A stretch of 64,000 nt of DNA from Paragordius varius. Taxonomy: Eukaryota; Animalia; Nematomorpha. The translations under genes were made by a program, and so were the position numbers. Positions 52,901-64,000 of this stretch are shown here, one piece after another. The stretch lies in NCBI GenBank assembly GCA_964247055.1, contig OZ176059.1, forward strand, positions 3,348,001 to 3,412,000, in the 5' to 3' direction. The notes beneath the pieces are model-generated. The model was not told where the DNA came from. It did not search any database and saw only the letters and a list, made by a program, of their open reading frames with translations. The first letter of the stretch is position 1; each line of letters starts with the position of its first letter.

Positions 52901-55251
52901 TAATCTAAAATGAAATATTAATATAATTTAAATTTTATAAATTGGATATTTAATTTAAAAATTTAAATTAAAGATTACATTAAAATATTAGAATTTTAAA
53001 AATTATTAAAATCTAAAATATTTATTTTTTAAATTAATATAAAAATTAATATATTTTTAAATTAAATATTTGTAAATAGTTTAATTATTGAATATTTTAA
53101 TTATAAAAATTATTGAATCATTTTGTAAAAATTTCAGCTGTTTTTGATTTAATTTATAAATGTTAAATAATTTAATTTCTCCAAAAAAATAAGAAACCAA
53201 AATTATTGATATTTTTTATTTTTTTTTTTTATTTTATATATTTTTAAAAAAATTATATTTTTAAAACATATTATATAATTTAAAATATATATATATATAT
53301 ATATATATTTTAATTAATATTATTATTATTTATATATTTTTTAAAAATCAGCTGTTTTTAAATTAAAAAAATAATATTTCCACTAGAGTATGAAAATAAA
53401 TGCAAACAGGAAAGAAATAAATTTCGAATGCAAATCAGCTGATGGAATATATCCTGTGCCTGGAAAGAATTGTGTTTGGTAAAATAAATTATTTTTTATA
53501 AAATATTTTTTTAAAAAAATTTAAATATTTTAAATTAATTTATTTTTTAAAAAAATATAAAAATATAAATCATAATTTTATGAAAATTATTTAATTCAAA
53601 TTTATTTTTGAATTAAACTAATAAAAAAATTTAAAATTTTTTTATAAAAAAATTACATATTTTCATTTTTTTATAAAAAATTATCAAAATTTAATTTTTA
53701 AAAAATATTACAATTTTTTAATTTTTTTTAATATTATTTTTCGAAAAAAAAAATTTAAATAAATATTAAATTATTTTTTATAACAAAAGATTAAATTATT
53801 CATTTATAAAAATAATTTTTAAATTATAATTATAAAAATTATTATTTTACATTTTAAAAATAATTTAGTTTAAAAAATTTTTATAAAAAAATTAATTAAT
53901 ATTAAATATTTTTTTTAGATTTTTAAAATAATTTTAAATATTATATTTTTTAATAAATAAAAAATATATTAAATAAAAACTTTTGAATAAATTAATTTTA
54001 TAAAAAAAAAATATTTTTAATAGTAAAATAATTAATTAAATATATATTATTTAAAATATACATTTTAAAAAAAATACATTTTAAAAAAAATTATAAATTA
54101 ACAAATTAATTTTTAATAAATATTTTTTTGTTTTTTAAAAATTTAATTTAATCAAATTAAATTAAAAATTTATTTAAATTTAAAATATATATATATATAT
54201 ATATAATTAAATAAATATTTATTTAAATTTTTTTTTAAAAAATTAATTTATTTTAATTTAAATTTAAAATTTATATCTAAATAATTAAATATATAAATAT
54301 TTATTTAAAATTTTTCAAAAAATAAATTTATTTTAATTAATTTTTAAATATATAAATTTTTTTTAAATTAAATATTTAATTAATAATTTTTGAATTAAAT
54401 TTATATACATATATATATATATATAAATATTTTTTTATTATTTATTGATAAAATAAAATTTAAAATATTTAAATCATCAAAAAAATAAATAAATATATTA
54501 TTTTTATTTTTTAAATAAATAAAAAATATTTATTATTAAAAAAATATTTTTTTATATTTAAAAATATTCAAAAAATATTTTTTTAATAAAATAAATAATT
54601 TTAAACTTAATTTATCATTTTTTTATTTTTAAATTATTTATTTTTAAAATAAAAAATATAAGTTTATATTTATGTAAAAAATTATTAAATATATTATTAT
54701 TATTTTTTAATAATTTATTTTATTAGAAAAAATATTTTTAATAATAAAAATAATATTTTTTAATTAATTATTGAAAAAAATTTAAAATATTTAAATATTT
54801 TTTTATAAAATATTTAAATATAAAATTTTAAATAATTATTGATTAAATAAAATTTAAAATTTGTTAAAAAAAATAATTTTTTAAAAATAATAATTAATAT
54901 AAATTAAATTATTTTTAAGTTTATTTTTTTTAAGTTTAAAATATTTTTATATATAAAAATTATAAAAATATTTTTAAAATAATATATTTTAAATAAATAT
55001 TCTTTTTAAAAATTTATAAAAATTATTATTATAAATATAAAAAATATAAAATTATTCAAATTTAAATATTAATATATTATTTTTAGAAAAAAATATTTAT
55101 TATAAAAATATTTTTTTTATTTTTTTAAATTCCTAGGTATGTTGCCTGTTCCAATTTCTATGCTTGGTTCATGTGTTGTCCACATGGAACACTTTTTGAT
55201 GTTCGGTCAAATATTTGCGAAACAGCTGATAAAATAACATGTGATTATTGA
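22366..55251 (+). CDS. Secreted ~792-aa protein with C-terminal chitin-binding peritrophin-A (CBM14/ChtBD2) domain; 31 small exons
   Basis: Exons: 22366-22373, 22848-22900, 23078-23128, 23951-23993, 26381-26489, 28514-28630, 29968-30028, 30825-30874, 32470-32585, 34385-34527, 36112-36210, 37006-37056, 37646-37699, 38538-38623, 38924-38981, 40183-40263, 40721-40804, 41938-42020, 42946-43086, 45122-45287, 46785-46847, 47872-47923, 48436-48516, 49038-49096, 49741-49767, 50291-50359, 51273-51326, 51757-51810, 52736-52794, 53387-53478, 55137-55251. All GT-AG and phase-consistent; total 2379 nt with no internal stop. The N-terminus MIFKKILFICFIKIIISIFS is signal-like. Exons 1-2 are the least certain. 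Confidence 0.85.
24170..25940 (+). repeat. Six acceptor-side echoes of exon 26381-26489
   Basis: TTTTAGTAAAGCTGACATCTTATTG.TTAAAGAAAGGAGAATT at about 24173, 24585, 25023, 25430, 25625, 25893. Confidence 0.93.
25180..25231. repeat. (TA)n microsatellite
   Basis: TA run of about 50 bp. Confidence 0.95.
26635..27800 (+). repeat. Four donor-side echoes of exon 26381-26489
   Basis: TTGAAAATCCAAATCCGCAAAT.RATTTTCCWGGAAATTTTGTAA at about 26638, 27019, 27412, 27753. Confidence 0.93.
31460..32370 (+). repeat. Four acceptor-side echoes of exon 32470-32585
   Basis: ATAGTTTTCCC/CT..TATGAA.CAACAACAGCTGAT variants at about 31461, 31753, 32129, 32341. Confidence 0.8.
32898..34170 (+). repeat. One donor echo of exon 32470-32585 and five acceptor echoes of exon 34385-34527
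   Basis: AAAGTGCTCATCAGCAGATTTCTAATTTGGAAAAATCTCAGAAAAAGT at 32898; TTTTAGCATTTCWGTAAAAATAATTCCTGGGA at about 33192, 33415, 33678, 34010, 34139. Confidence 0.9.
34592..34628. repeat. (TA)n microsatellite
   Basis: TA run of about 37 bp. Confidence 0.9.
34705..35680 (+). repeat. About six donor-side echoes of exon 34385-34527 (~190-bp spacing)
   Basis: AACCGAACATCAAAAAGTAA....AACAGCTGAT variants at about 34707, 34886, 35068, 35275, 35455, 35648. Confidence 0.82.
42946..43086 (+). CDS. Exon 19 of the chitin-binding gene (symmetric phase 0-0; source of the exon-copy arrays)
   Basis: CTTAG|AATATTGAA...AAGAAA|GTAATT; NIESDWLSVGKNGSSDVAFALIDEIGHDSAVSVIRNPEKQLIKVSKK; same frame as ORF 42970. Confidence 0.88.
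43440..44590 (+). repeat. Four intronic copies of the 3' part of exon 19, each retaining the GT donor
   Basis: Copies at 43447-43545, about 43765-43860, 44244-44340 and 44533-44590, separated by AAAATTGATTGAAACAGCTGAT-rich spacers. Confidence 0.93.
45220..46100 (+). repeat. Tandem ~282-bp duplication of the exon-20 3' end plus intron start (one near-perfect copy, then degenerate copies)
   Basis: About 45220-45501 is almost identical to 45502-45783; units restart at AACAGCTGTT..CCAACAAAT. Confidence 0.92.
53387..55251 (+). CDS. Terminal two exons encoding the CBM14/peritrophin-A domain
   Basis: CKSADGIYPVPGKNC-VWYVAC-SNFYAWFMCC-PHGTLFDVRSNIC-ETADKITC-DY*; spacing C-x13-C-x5-C-x9-C-x12-C-x7-C fits the peritrophin-A consensus; phase-2 intron 53479-55136. 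Confidence 0.92.
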
Positions 55252-55384
55252 AAACAGCTGTTATTATATTAATGTGTCGAATAAATTTATTAATAATTTT
55301 TTAATAAATATAATATTTTAATAAATTTATTCGATTTTATTAAAAAAATTATTCAATATATTTTCGAAAAATATAAAAAAATGC

Positions 55385-57020
55385 GAAATAGTTGATAAAA
55401 TAATATGTGATTATTGAAAACAGCTGTTATAATTGAAATATAAATAAATCTAATATTTATATATTTATAATAAATATAAGTTGAAAATTGAATATATATT
55501 TTTGAAAAAATTAAAAAATAATTAAGAAACAGCTGATAAAATAACATGTGATTATTGAAAACAGCTGTTATAATTGAAAATTTAATAAATAATTTTAATT
55601 AATTATGTTATATAATTTATTTTATATTTATATATTAATTAAAAATTATATAATTATATATATAAAATTTTAATATTTTATTTTATTAATAAATATTCTA
55701 AAATTGAATATATATTATAAAAAAATATAAATTATTTTTATAAACTGCTGATAAAATAACATGTGATTACTGAACAGCTGTTATAACTGAATTAACAAAT
55801 TATAAATAATTTTTTAATAAATTTATTAATAATTAATTATGTATAATTCTTTATATATATATATTTTATATTTGATTATTTTTAATTATTAAAAATATAA
55901 ATTTTGTGTTGAGTACTAAAAAAAGCAAACAGCTGATAAAATCATTTTTATTGTAGACAGCTGTTATAATTAATTTAATAATTAATTTTATTAATAATTA
56001 TTTATTCTATAAATTGATTTATTCTATATTTTTCAAAAATAATAATAAATATTATATATATATATTTAATAAAATTAAAAAAATTTTAAGAAAATTTACG
56101 AAACAATTGATAAAATAACATATGATTACTGATTGAAAAACAAATGTTTTGAAATCAAAATTTATTAATAATTTTATATATTTTTAATATATTATTTCAA
56201 TATATATATTTGATTATTTAAAATTTTTTTATAAAAATTAAAAAAAGCTTATTAAAATTTAATAAAAATTGATAAAATAACATGTGATTATTGAAAACAG
56301 CTGTTATAATTGATTTAATATTTCGAAATTTTTTAATATTTTTATTTATAATATATATAATTCAATATATATATATATATATATATATTTGATTATTTTT
56401 TTTATCTATTTATATTAACTGATTTTTCTTAAAAACTAAAAAAAATTTATTTTTTTTTAAAAAAACAGCTTATAAAACAACATGTGAGTTAAAAAAAAAT
56501 TTCATATTTATATATTATTAATTTTAAAATAATTATTTATATAATTTATTAATATTTATATTTTTAAATATATATTGTTTTTGAAATAATTAAAAATTAT
56601 TTAACAGACAGCTGATAAAACATGTGATTATTGATGGCTCAAAACATATGTTTAAATATTAATATCAAATTTAATGAATTTTAATAAATTATTTTATATA
56701 TTATTAAAATAATTATATGTATAAATATTTTTGATATTTTATTTCATTAATAATTTTTATTATATTTTAAAAAATACTTTTAAATATTAAAAAAATAAAA
56801 AATTTGCGAAACAAATATTACATGTGATTACTAATTGGAAAAACAGTTGTTGTTTAAAAAAATAAATAAACTTAATAAATTTTTAATATATATATTTATA
56901 TATAATAAATTTTAAAATAATTATATATATGATTAAATTTATTTTATATTTTTTTAAAATATTCTTAATATTGAATATATATAGTTTTAAAAAATAAAAA
57001 ATTTAAAAAACAGCTGATTA
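55385..57020 (+). repeat. About nine echoes of the stop-codon region of the CBM14 exon
   Basis: AACAGCTGATAAAATAACATGTGATTATTGAAAACAGCTGTTAT variants at about 55388, 55526, 55742, 55927, 56100, 56266, 56463, 56606, 56810. Confidence 0.9.
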
Positions 57021-57799
57021 AGTAGAAAATTTTAAATAAATTAATTCAATTGTTAAAAAAATTAGAAATTTATTAAAAAGTATAATAAATATTTCTGTAT
57101 ATTTTTCAAATAAAAAAAATTAATTGAACAATTATATTTGAGAAAATTCACAAATAATATTTATAAAATATATTAAAATTATATATCTTTAAATATAAAT
57201 TAAAATCAAAACATATCTTTATAAACATATTTTTATAATATTAAATATTGAATTAAACATTCGCAAATATATATATATATATATATAATAAATTCAAAAA
57301 AAAATATAAATTATTATTAAGTAAATTATACATAAAATTTATAATGATTTAAAATAATAAGATTATAAAATATAATAAATTTTTTTTAAAATTAATTTAA
57401 AGTAAATATATTTATCAAAATTTTTTAAAATTAAAATGTTTAAAATTAAATTTATAATTAATATTTCTAAAATTTGAATATTTTTGATAAAATTATTTGA
57501 TATTTTATATTTTTTTTATAAAAAATAAAAATTATTTAAGTTTTCATATATTAATTATCTAATAAATATTTAATTTACTAATATAAGTTTTTCTATTAAT
57601 TTATTTTATTTTTTCTTAAAAAAAAAATTAAATAAAAAAATCATGCCTGTTTGTTTTCATTCATTTGTTTGCCGTTTTAAATTTCGAATCGAAAAAGCGC
57701 AAAAATATTTTTATATTCTTTATTAATAAATTTAATATTTATTTTATTTATTTAAATAAAAATATTTAAAATATTCCTGGAAAAGTATATTACTTTATT

Positions 57800-57832
<33 letters not shown>

Positions 57833-60800
57833 GATATATATATAATTTTACCATATTTATATTTTAAATTTTATGTTTTTTAAGAAATTTGTTTAAAATT
57901 AAATATTTTTTACAATATTTTATTTATTTTGAATAATTTTTGTTTAAATCTCAATTTCCTAATTATTTTTAAAAAATTATTTCTTTAATAAATATATATT
58001 TTCAAAATTATTGTTAGTTATATAATATATCAGTAATTTTACTAAAAAGATTTATTTTTTAATTATTTTTTTATTAGAACAGCTGTTTTTTATAAAAAAT
58101 ATTAAATTCTAAAAAATATTTATTATTTAAAAATTTATTTTTTTAATCTAATATGAAATATTTTAAATTATAAAAATAATTATTTTTTTTAAAAAAATTA
58201 AAAAAATTAAATTAAAATATTAGAATTTTAAAAAATATTAAATAATTTTAGGAATAATTATTTTTTAAAAAATATTAAATATTAAAAATAATTACAATTT
58301 TATAAATTTAAATTATATAATATTTGAATTTTATTAAATATTTAATTATAATTTTTTAAAAATTAATTATTTTTTTTAATCTAATATGTAATATTTATGT
58401 AAATAATAAAAAAATAATTTTTCTAAACAGTTGATTTCAAAATATAAAATATATAATTTATAAATAATCCAATTTGAAATATTTATATGAATAATAATAA
58501 TAATTATTTTTTAAATATTTATAAAAATATAATTTTAATGTTTGTTAAAAAATTTTAAAAATTAAATATATTAGATTAAAATTATTAATATATTTTAAAA
58601 AAGCTTATTTTAATATATATATAAAATATTTAAATTATTAAATATTTAAAGTTTTTTAGAATTTTTAAAAATTAAATAATTTTTAAATAAATCAGCTGTT
58701 TGTTAAATTTCCACTAGAGTATTAAAATAAATGCAAACAGGAAAGAAATAGATTTTGAATGCAAAACAGCTGATGGAATATTTAATTCAAAAAAAATAAA
58801 TAATTATTATATGTATTTAAATAAAAAAATAAAACTAATTAAATTATTCTATATTTATAAATTATTTATTATAATTTAATTAAAAACAGCTGATTAAAGT
58901 CTCTAAGAAAGTAATTTCTGAAAGTTTTTTGAAAGTTCATAATTATTTGCAAGAAAAAAACGAAAAAAATGAAAAAAATTAAAAAAATGATTAAAACAGC
59001 TGATTTGGGATAAATTGTTATAATTAAGAAAAAAGGGTTTTTTTAATAATCTAAAAAATATGACTAAAATTGACAAAAACTGAATAAAAAATGCTTGAAA
59101 CAGCTGATTTTAAAAAAATTAATAAAAATTCTACCAAAAACAGCTCTTCACATTAAAATATTTAAATTTAAAATTAAATTAATTCTTTTTTAAATTTATT
59201 TTAAATTTTTTCAAAAAATTATTATTTGCTCTCATCGATGAGATTGGTCATGACTCAGCTGTTTCGGTTATTAGGAACCCTGAAACAGATGATCAAAATT
59301 TCTAAAGTAATTTCAGAAAGTTTTGAAATTTATTAATTCTTTTTTATGAAAAATAAGCAAAAAATTTGTTAAAAATATTAATTGATAATTTTTGATAAAA
59401 ACTGACAAAAACTGACAAAATTGTTTGAAACTGCTGTTTTTAATATATTTTTTTTTAAAAAAAGCCGTTTTCCGAAGAAAAATTCAGAAAAACGAAAAAA
59501 GTAACAAAAGTTGCGTAAAACAGCTGATTTGGATAAAAATTTAAAAAATTGGCAAAAACTGACAAAACTGAATAAACATTGTTTGAAACAGCTGATTTGA
59601 GTTAAAATTGTTCAAAATACAAAAAATCCGACAAAAATTGAATAAAAACTCATTAAAACAGCTGATTTGATAAAATAATTAAGAAAAAAAATATCCGACA
59701 AAATTTAATAAAAAATGCTTGAAACAACTGATTATGATAAAAAAAATTAATTAAATCTACAAATACAGCTGATATTACTCTAAAAAGTTTTAAAATTAAA
59801 TTTATTAGATTTTCTTTTATCAAAATTTTTCTTAAAAAAATATGGAATTTAAATTTTGCCCTCATCGATGAGATTGGTCATGATTCAGCTGTTTCTGTCA
59901 TCAAAAACCCTGCTGAAAAACAGCTGATCAAAATTTTTAAGAAAGTAATTTCAGAATTTTTGTTAAAAAGAATTAAATATGTTTAAACATTTGTTTTTGA
60001 TATAATTTTTAAGAAAAAAAGCTGTTTTTGAAAATTTTAAAAAATTGATAAAAACTGACAAAATATTTATTAGTCAGCTGTTTCAGTTATAAAAAACCCT
60101 GAAAAACACCTGAAAGTCTCCAAGAAAGTAATTTAAAGTTTTTTTAAAATAATATCTATAATTGTGACAAAAAACGAAAAAAAATAAAAAAACAGCTGTT
60201 TTCAGAACAAAAATACAAAATATCCGTGAATTGAATAAAAATTGTTTGAAACAAGTGATAAAATTGTTAAAAAATCTAAAAAAAACAGCTGATAACACTG
60301 TAAAAAGTTAAAAAATCTATTTTATCAGATATTTTTTTAATTTTAATGGACTGACGTGGCTTTCGCCCTTATAGATGAGATTGGACATGACTCAGCTGTT
60401 TCTGTCATCAGAAATCCAGCTGAAGAACAGCTGATTAGAGTCTCTAAGAAAGTAATTTTTAAGGAGAAAAAATTTATTTTTTAAAAAACAGCTCAGTAAA
60501 AATAGCTGATTTTATTAAAAAATAGGAAAACAGCTGTTTTTGTTGAAAAATTAAAAAAAGGATGAAAAAATGATAAAAAGAATACAATTTTCTTGTTTTA
60601 GTTTTCAGGAATCCTGCTGAAAAACAGCTGATCAAAGTTTCTAGAAAGGTTATTTAAGAAAGTTTTTTTTGAAAGAAATTAATAAGAATTTTAAAATAAC
60701 TTTATTGAAACAGTTGACTTTATTAAAAAAATGGAAGTAACAGCTGTTTTTGGAAGAAAAATACATAAAACGTAAAAAATTGAATTAAAATTGTTTGAAA

Positions 60801-62898
60801 CAGCTGATTTGGCTAAAATTCTAATAATATGAGAAAAAACTATCAAAAATTGAATCAAAATTGTTTAAAACAGATTTGAGCTGAAATTGTTAAAAAATCT
60901 ACAAAAAAACAGCTGATAATACTGTAAAAAGTTAAAAATCTAATTTATCAGATATTTTTTTAATTTTAATGGAGTTCTGATGTGGCTTTTGCACTCATCA
61001 ATGAGATTGGACATGACTCAGCTGTTTCTGTAATCAGAAATCGAGCTGAAAAACAGCTGATTAAAGTCTCCAAGAAAGTAATTTATATTTTTTTGTAAAA
61101 ATATATATTTTATGACAAAAAAACGCAAAAAAACCGTAAAAAATTGATAAAAATTCAAAAAAATGACAAAAACTGACAAAATTGAATAAAAATCGACTGA
61201 AACAGCTGATTTTGTAAAAATCTACAAAAAACAGCTGATAATACTCTAAAAAGTTTAAAAAAATTTAAAACAGCTAATTTTGCTTAAAAATTCATAAAAA
61301 ACAGCTGTTCATATCTAGTTTAGATCTAAAATTAATAGATTTTTTAGGTTTAAATTTTACACAAAATATTATTTAAATTAAGTTCCGCCCTCAACGATGA
61401 GATTGGACATGACTCAGCTGTTTCTGTCATAAGAAACCCTGAAAACAGCTGATTAAAGTTTCAAAGAAAGTAATTTTTGAGGATAAAAAATATATTTTTT
61501 TAAAAAAAATTAAATATGTTTAATTTAAAACATTTGTTTTTGATATAATTCTTTAAAAAAAAGGCTGTTTTTCTTAAAAATTTTAAAAAAATTGACAAAA
61601 ACTGACAAAATTATTAGTCAGCTGTTTCTGTCATTAGGAACCCTGAAAAACAGCTGATCAAAGTCTCAAAGAAAGTAATATAAAGTTTTTTTAAAAAAAA
61701 TCTATAATTGTGAGAAAAAACGAAAAAAAATGAAAAAACAGCTGTTTTCCCAAGAAAAATACATAAAAAGAAAAAAATTCAAAAAGTTGATTAAAACAGC
61801 TGATTTGGGTTAAATTGTTATAATTTGGACAAAAACTGACAATAATTATATAAAAATTGTTTGAAACAGCTGATTTTGTAAAAATCTACAAAATATGACA
61901 AAAACTAACAAAAATTAAAAAAAAATTTAAAACAGCTAATTTTGCTTAAAAATTCATAAAAAACAGCTGTTCATATCTAGTTTAGATCTAAAATTAATAG
62001 ATTTTTTAGGTTTAAATTTTACACAAAATATTATTTAAATTAAGTTTCGCCCACAACGATGAGATTGGTCATGACTCAGCTGTTTCTGTCATCAGGAACC
62101 CTGCTGAAAAACAGCTGATTAAAGTATCTAAGAAAGTAATAAAAAATTTGAATAAAAATTGTTTGAAACAGCTGATTTTCGAAAGAAAAATACAAAATAT
62201 ATATAAAAAATTGAATAAAAATTGATTGAAACAGTGGATTTTAATAAAATAATTAAAAAAATTTACAAAAAACAGCTGTTCATATCAAAAAGTTTTAATT
62301 TAAAATTAATGGATTTTTTTCGGTTAAAATTTTTCGCAAAAAAAATGGAATATAAATTTTGCCTTCATCGATAAGATAGGACATGACTCAGCTGTTTCGG
62401 TAATCAGGAACCCTGAAAAACAGCTGATTCAAGTTTCTAAAAGGGTAATTTTTGAGAAAAATTTGATATGAATTAATATAATTTAAATCTCATAAAGAAA
62501 AAACAGCTGATTTATAAAAATATTTGAAAATAATTCATCAGAATTTGATTTTATCGATAAAAAATTTGACAAAAATATTGAATACTCAGCTGTTTTTGTC
62601 ATTAAAAACCATGAAAAACAGCTGATCATTTAAGAAGGTTATTAAAGTTTCTTTTTTAAAAAAACATTTTTATAAAAAAAAACGAAAAAATGAATTAAAC
62701 AGTTTTATTTTAAAATAAAAGAGAAAAATTGATAAAAATTTAAAAATGAAGAATACACCTGTGTTTATTAGTAATAACAACAGCTGATTAAAAGGTTTTT
62801 AATAAATAATATTTACAGTTTGTAAAAAAAATACAGTTCCTAAAATTGACAAAAACAGCTGTTTTTTCAAAAAATGCCACATATTATTTTAAAGCAGC

Positions 62899-62903
<5 letters not shown>

Positions 62904-62944
<41 letters not shown>
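62904..62944. repeat. (TA)n microsatellite
   Basis: TA run of about 40 bp. Confidence 0.9.
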
Positions 62945-62947
<3 letters not shown>

Positions 62948-63387
62948 GGAAAAAATTTATATATAAAATTAAAAAATTCGATAATTTAATATTTTTAAAA
63001 TAAAGTTATAAATTACTAACTATTTTTAAATTATATTATTAATATACAAAAATAACCTTAACTTTATTATTTGTTTCTAATATATATTAAAATTTTAATA
63101 TATATATATATTTTTTTTCAAAAACTATTAAATATAATTATAAATAAATATTTAAAAAAAAATAATTATATATTATAATACATAAATTTATTAAAATTTT
63201 TAAATATTTATAAATATTTTTTTGGAAAAACTATTAAATATAATTATAATTGTATATTAACAATTAAAAAATAAATTTAAACAATTATAAATATAAAAAT
63301 AAAATATTAATAAATAAAGTAATTAAATATTTCAAATATATAATTAAAATAATAAATATATATAATTTTTTCTTATAATTATTTTAG

Positions 63388-63541
63388 AAACCATTATCAT
63401 CTGATGCCGAGATAAAATCAGGTGATCTGCCCCCATTTTCGCACACATTCATCCCATCAGCTGCATCTGGTTTTGGAAAATTTCAAACAGCTGTTCCAAC
63501 AAATAATAATAATTTTCAAATTCCTACTGATTATGATTTCG
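63388..63541 (+). CDS. Intact paralogous copy of exon 20 (KPLSSDAEIKSGDLPPFSHTFIPSAASGFGKFQTAVPTNNNNFQIPTDYDF)
   Basis: TTTTAG acceptor, G|GTATTT donor, 154 nt (phase 0 to 1 like 45122-45287), in-frame 12-nt deletion, several synonymous changes, no stop. Confidence 0.6.
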
Positions 63542-63885
63542 GTATTTATTTTATTTATAAACAGCTGTTATTTATTTTAAAACAGCTGTTTTCAGATAAT
63601 ATATGTATAGTTTAAATATATTTTAATTAAATTTTTTTAATTTATTTGAATTAAGTTTTAAAACAGCTGTATATATATATATATATATATATATTGATAA
63701 TTTCGTCAAAATATTTTTATTTATATTAATTATTTTATTTTTGAAAAAATAATATAATTTTAAAAACAGCTGTAAAAGATTGAATAAAAAATAATTTTCA
63801 AATTCCTACTGATTATGATTTCGGTAATTATTTATTTTTCCTAAAACAGCTGATATTTTATTAAATTCCTAAAACAGCTGTTTTC

Positions 63886-63922
<37 letters not shown>

Positions 63923-64000
63923 TTTTTTAATTTATAACAGCTGTTTTCAGAATATATATATGTATAACTTAATTTTTTTATATATCTTATCTATATATAT

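Larger units (their letters stand above)
58050..64000 (+). pseudogene. Rearranged partial duplicate of the chitin-binding gene (intron 29/exon 30 fragment, 12 exon-19 copies, intact exon-20 paralog, intron-20 copy); pseudogene or alternative 3' module
   Basis: Exon-30 5' half at 58718-58781; exon-19 copies at about 58883, 59225, 59855, 60074, 60345, 60601, 60968, 61381, 61618, 62043, 62357, 62584; exon-20 copy at 63388-63541. Confidence 0.7.

Noticed and set aside
55353-60298. Minus-strand ORFs 55353-55547, 59653-59865, 60083-60298
   Set aside because: Low-complexity antisense translations of repeat arrays.
43440-62642. Dscam-like mutually exclusive exon cluster as an established fact
   Set aside because: Most copies lack a usable in-frame acceptor or carry frameshifts; retained only as a hypothesis for the few intact copies.
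1-64000. Prokaryotic, organellar or viral origin; tRNA/rRNA genes; telomeric repeats
   Set aside because: GT-AG introns and ER/secretory genes indicate a nuclear eukaryotic genome; I recognised no structured RNA gene, reverse transcriptase, transposase or telomere motif.

Overview
Extremely AT-rich (introns about 90% A+T by eye) intron-rich invertebrate-type eukaryotic DNA. The ORF track is mostly misleading; real exons are small GC-richer islands that I joined by GT-AG boundaries and codon phase. Three genes: (1) ERp44 (+, 4 exons, <1-9734, start just outside the window) with an unusual 4x ~30-aa Q/N-rich repeat after the signal peptide; (2) a small orphan (-, 4 exons, 19466-17480, 110 aa) with signal peptide, KR site, Pro-rich stalk and GPI-like tail; (3) a 31-exon, ~792-aa secreted protein with a C-terminal peritrophin-A/CBM14 chitin-binding domain (+, 22366-55251), followed by a rearranged partial duplicate (58-64 kb). 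The standout signal is architectural. Many long introns are built from serial degenerate copies ('echoes') of the neighbouring exon edge plus splice site. Echo variation is strongly synonymous (10 of 10 changes in one copy). The echoes in ERp44 intron 2 form ~15 AG|GT ratchet-like sites. A palindrome, WWCAGCTGWW, saturates coding and non-coding DNA and sits on many splice junctions and echo breakpoints. Two inverted ATCGTCTGC motif arrays bracket ERp44 exons 2-4. All counts are by eye.
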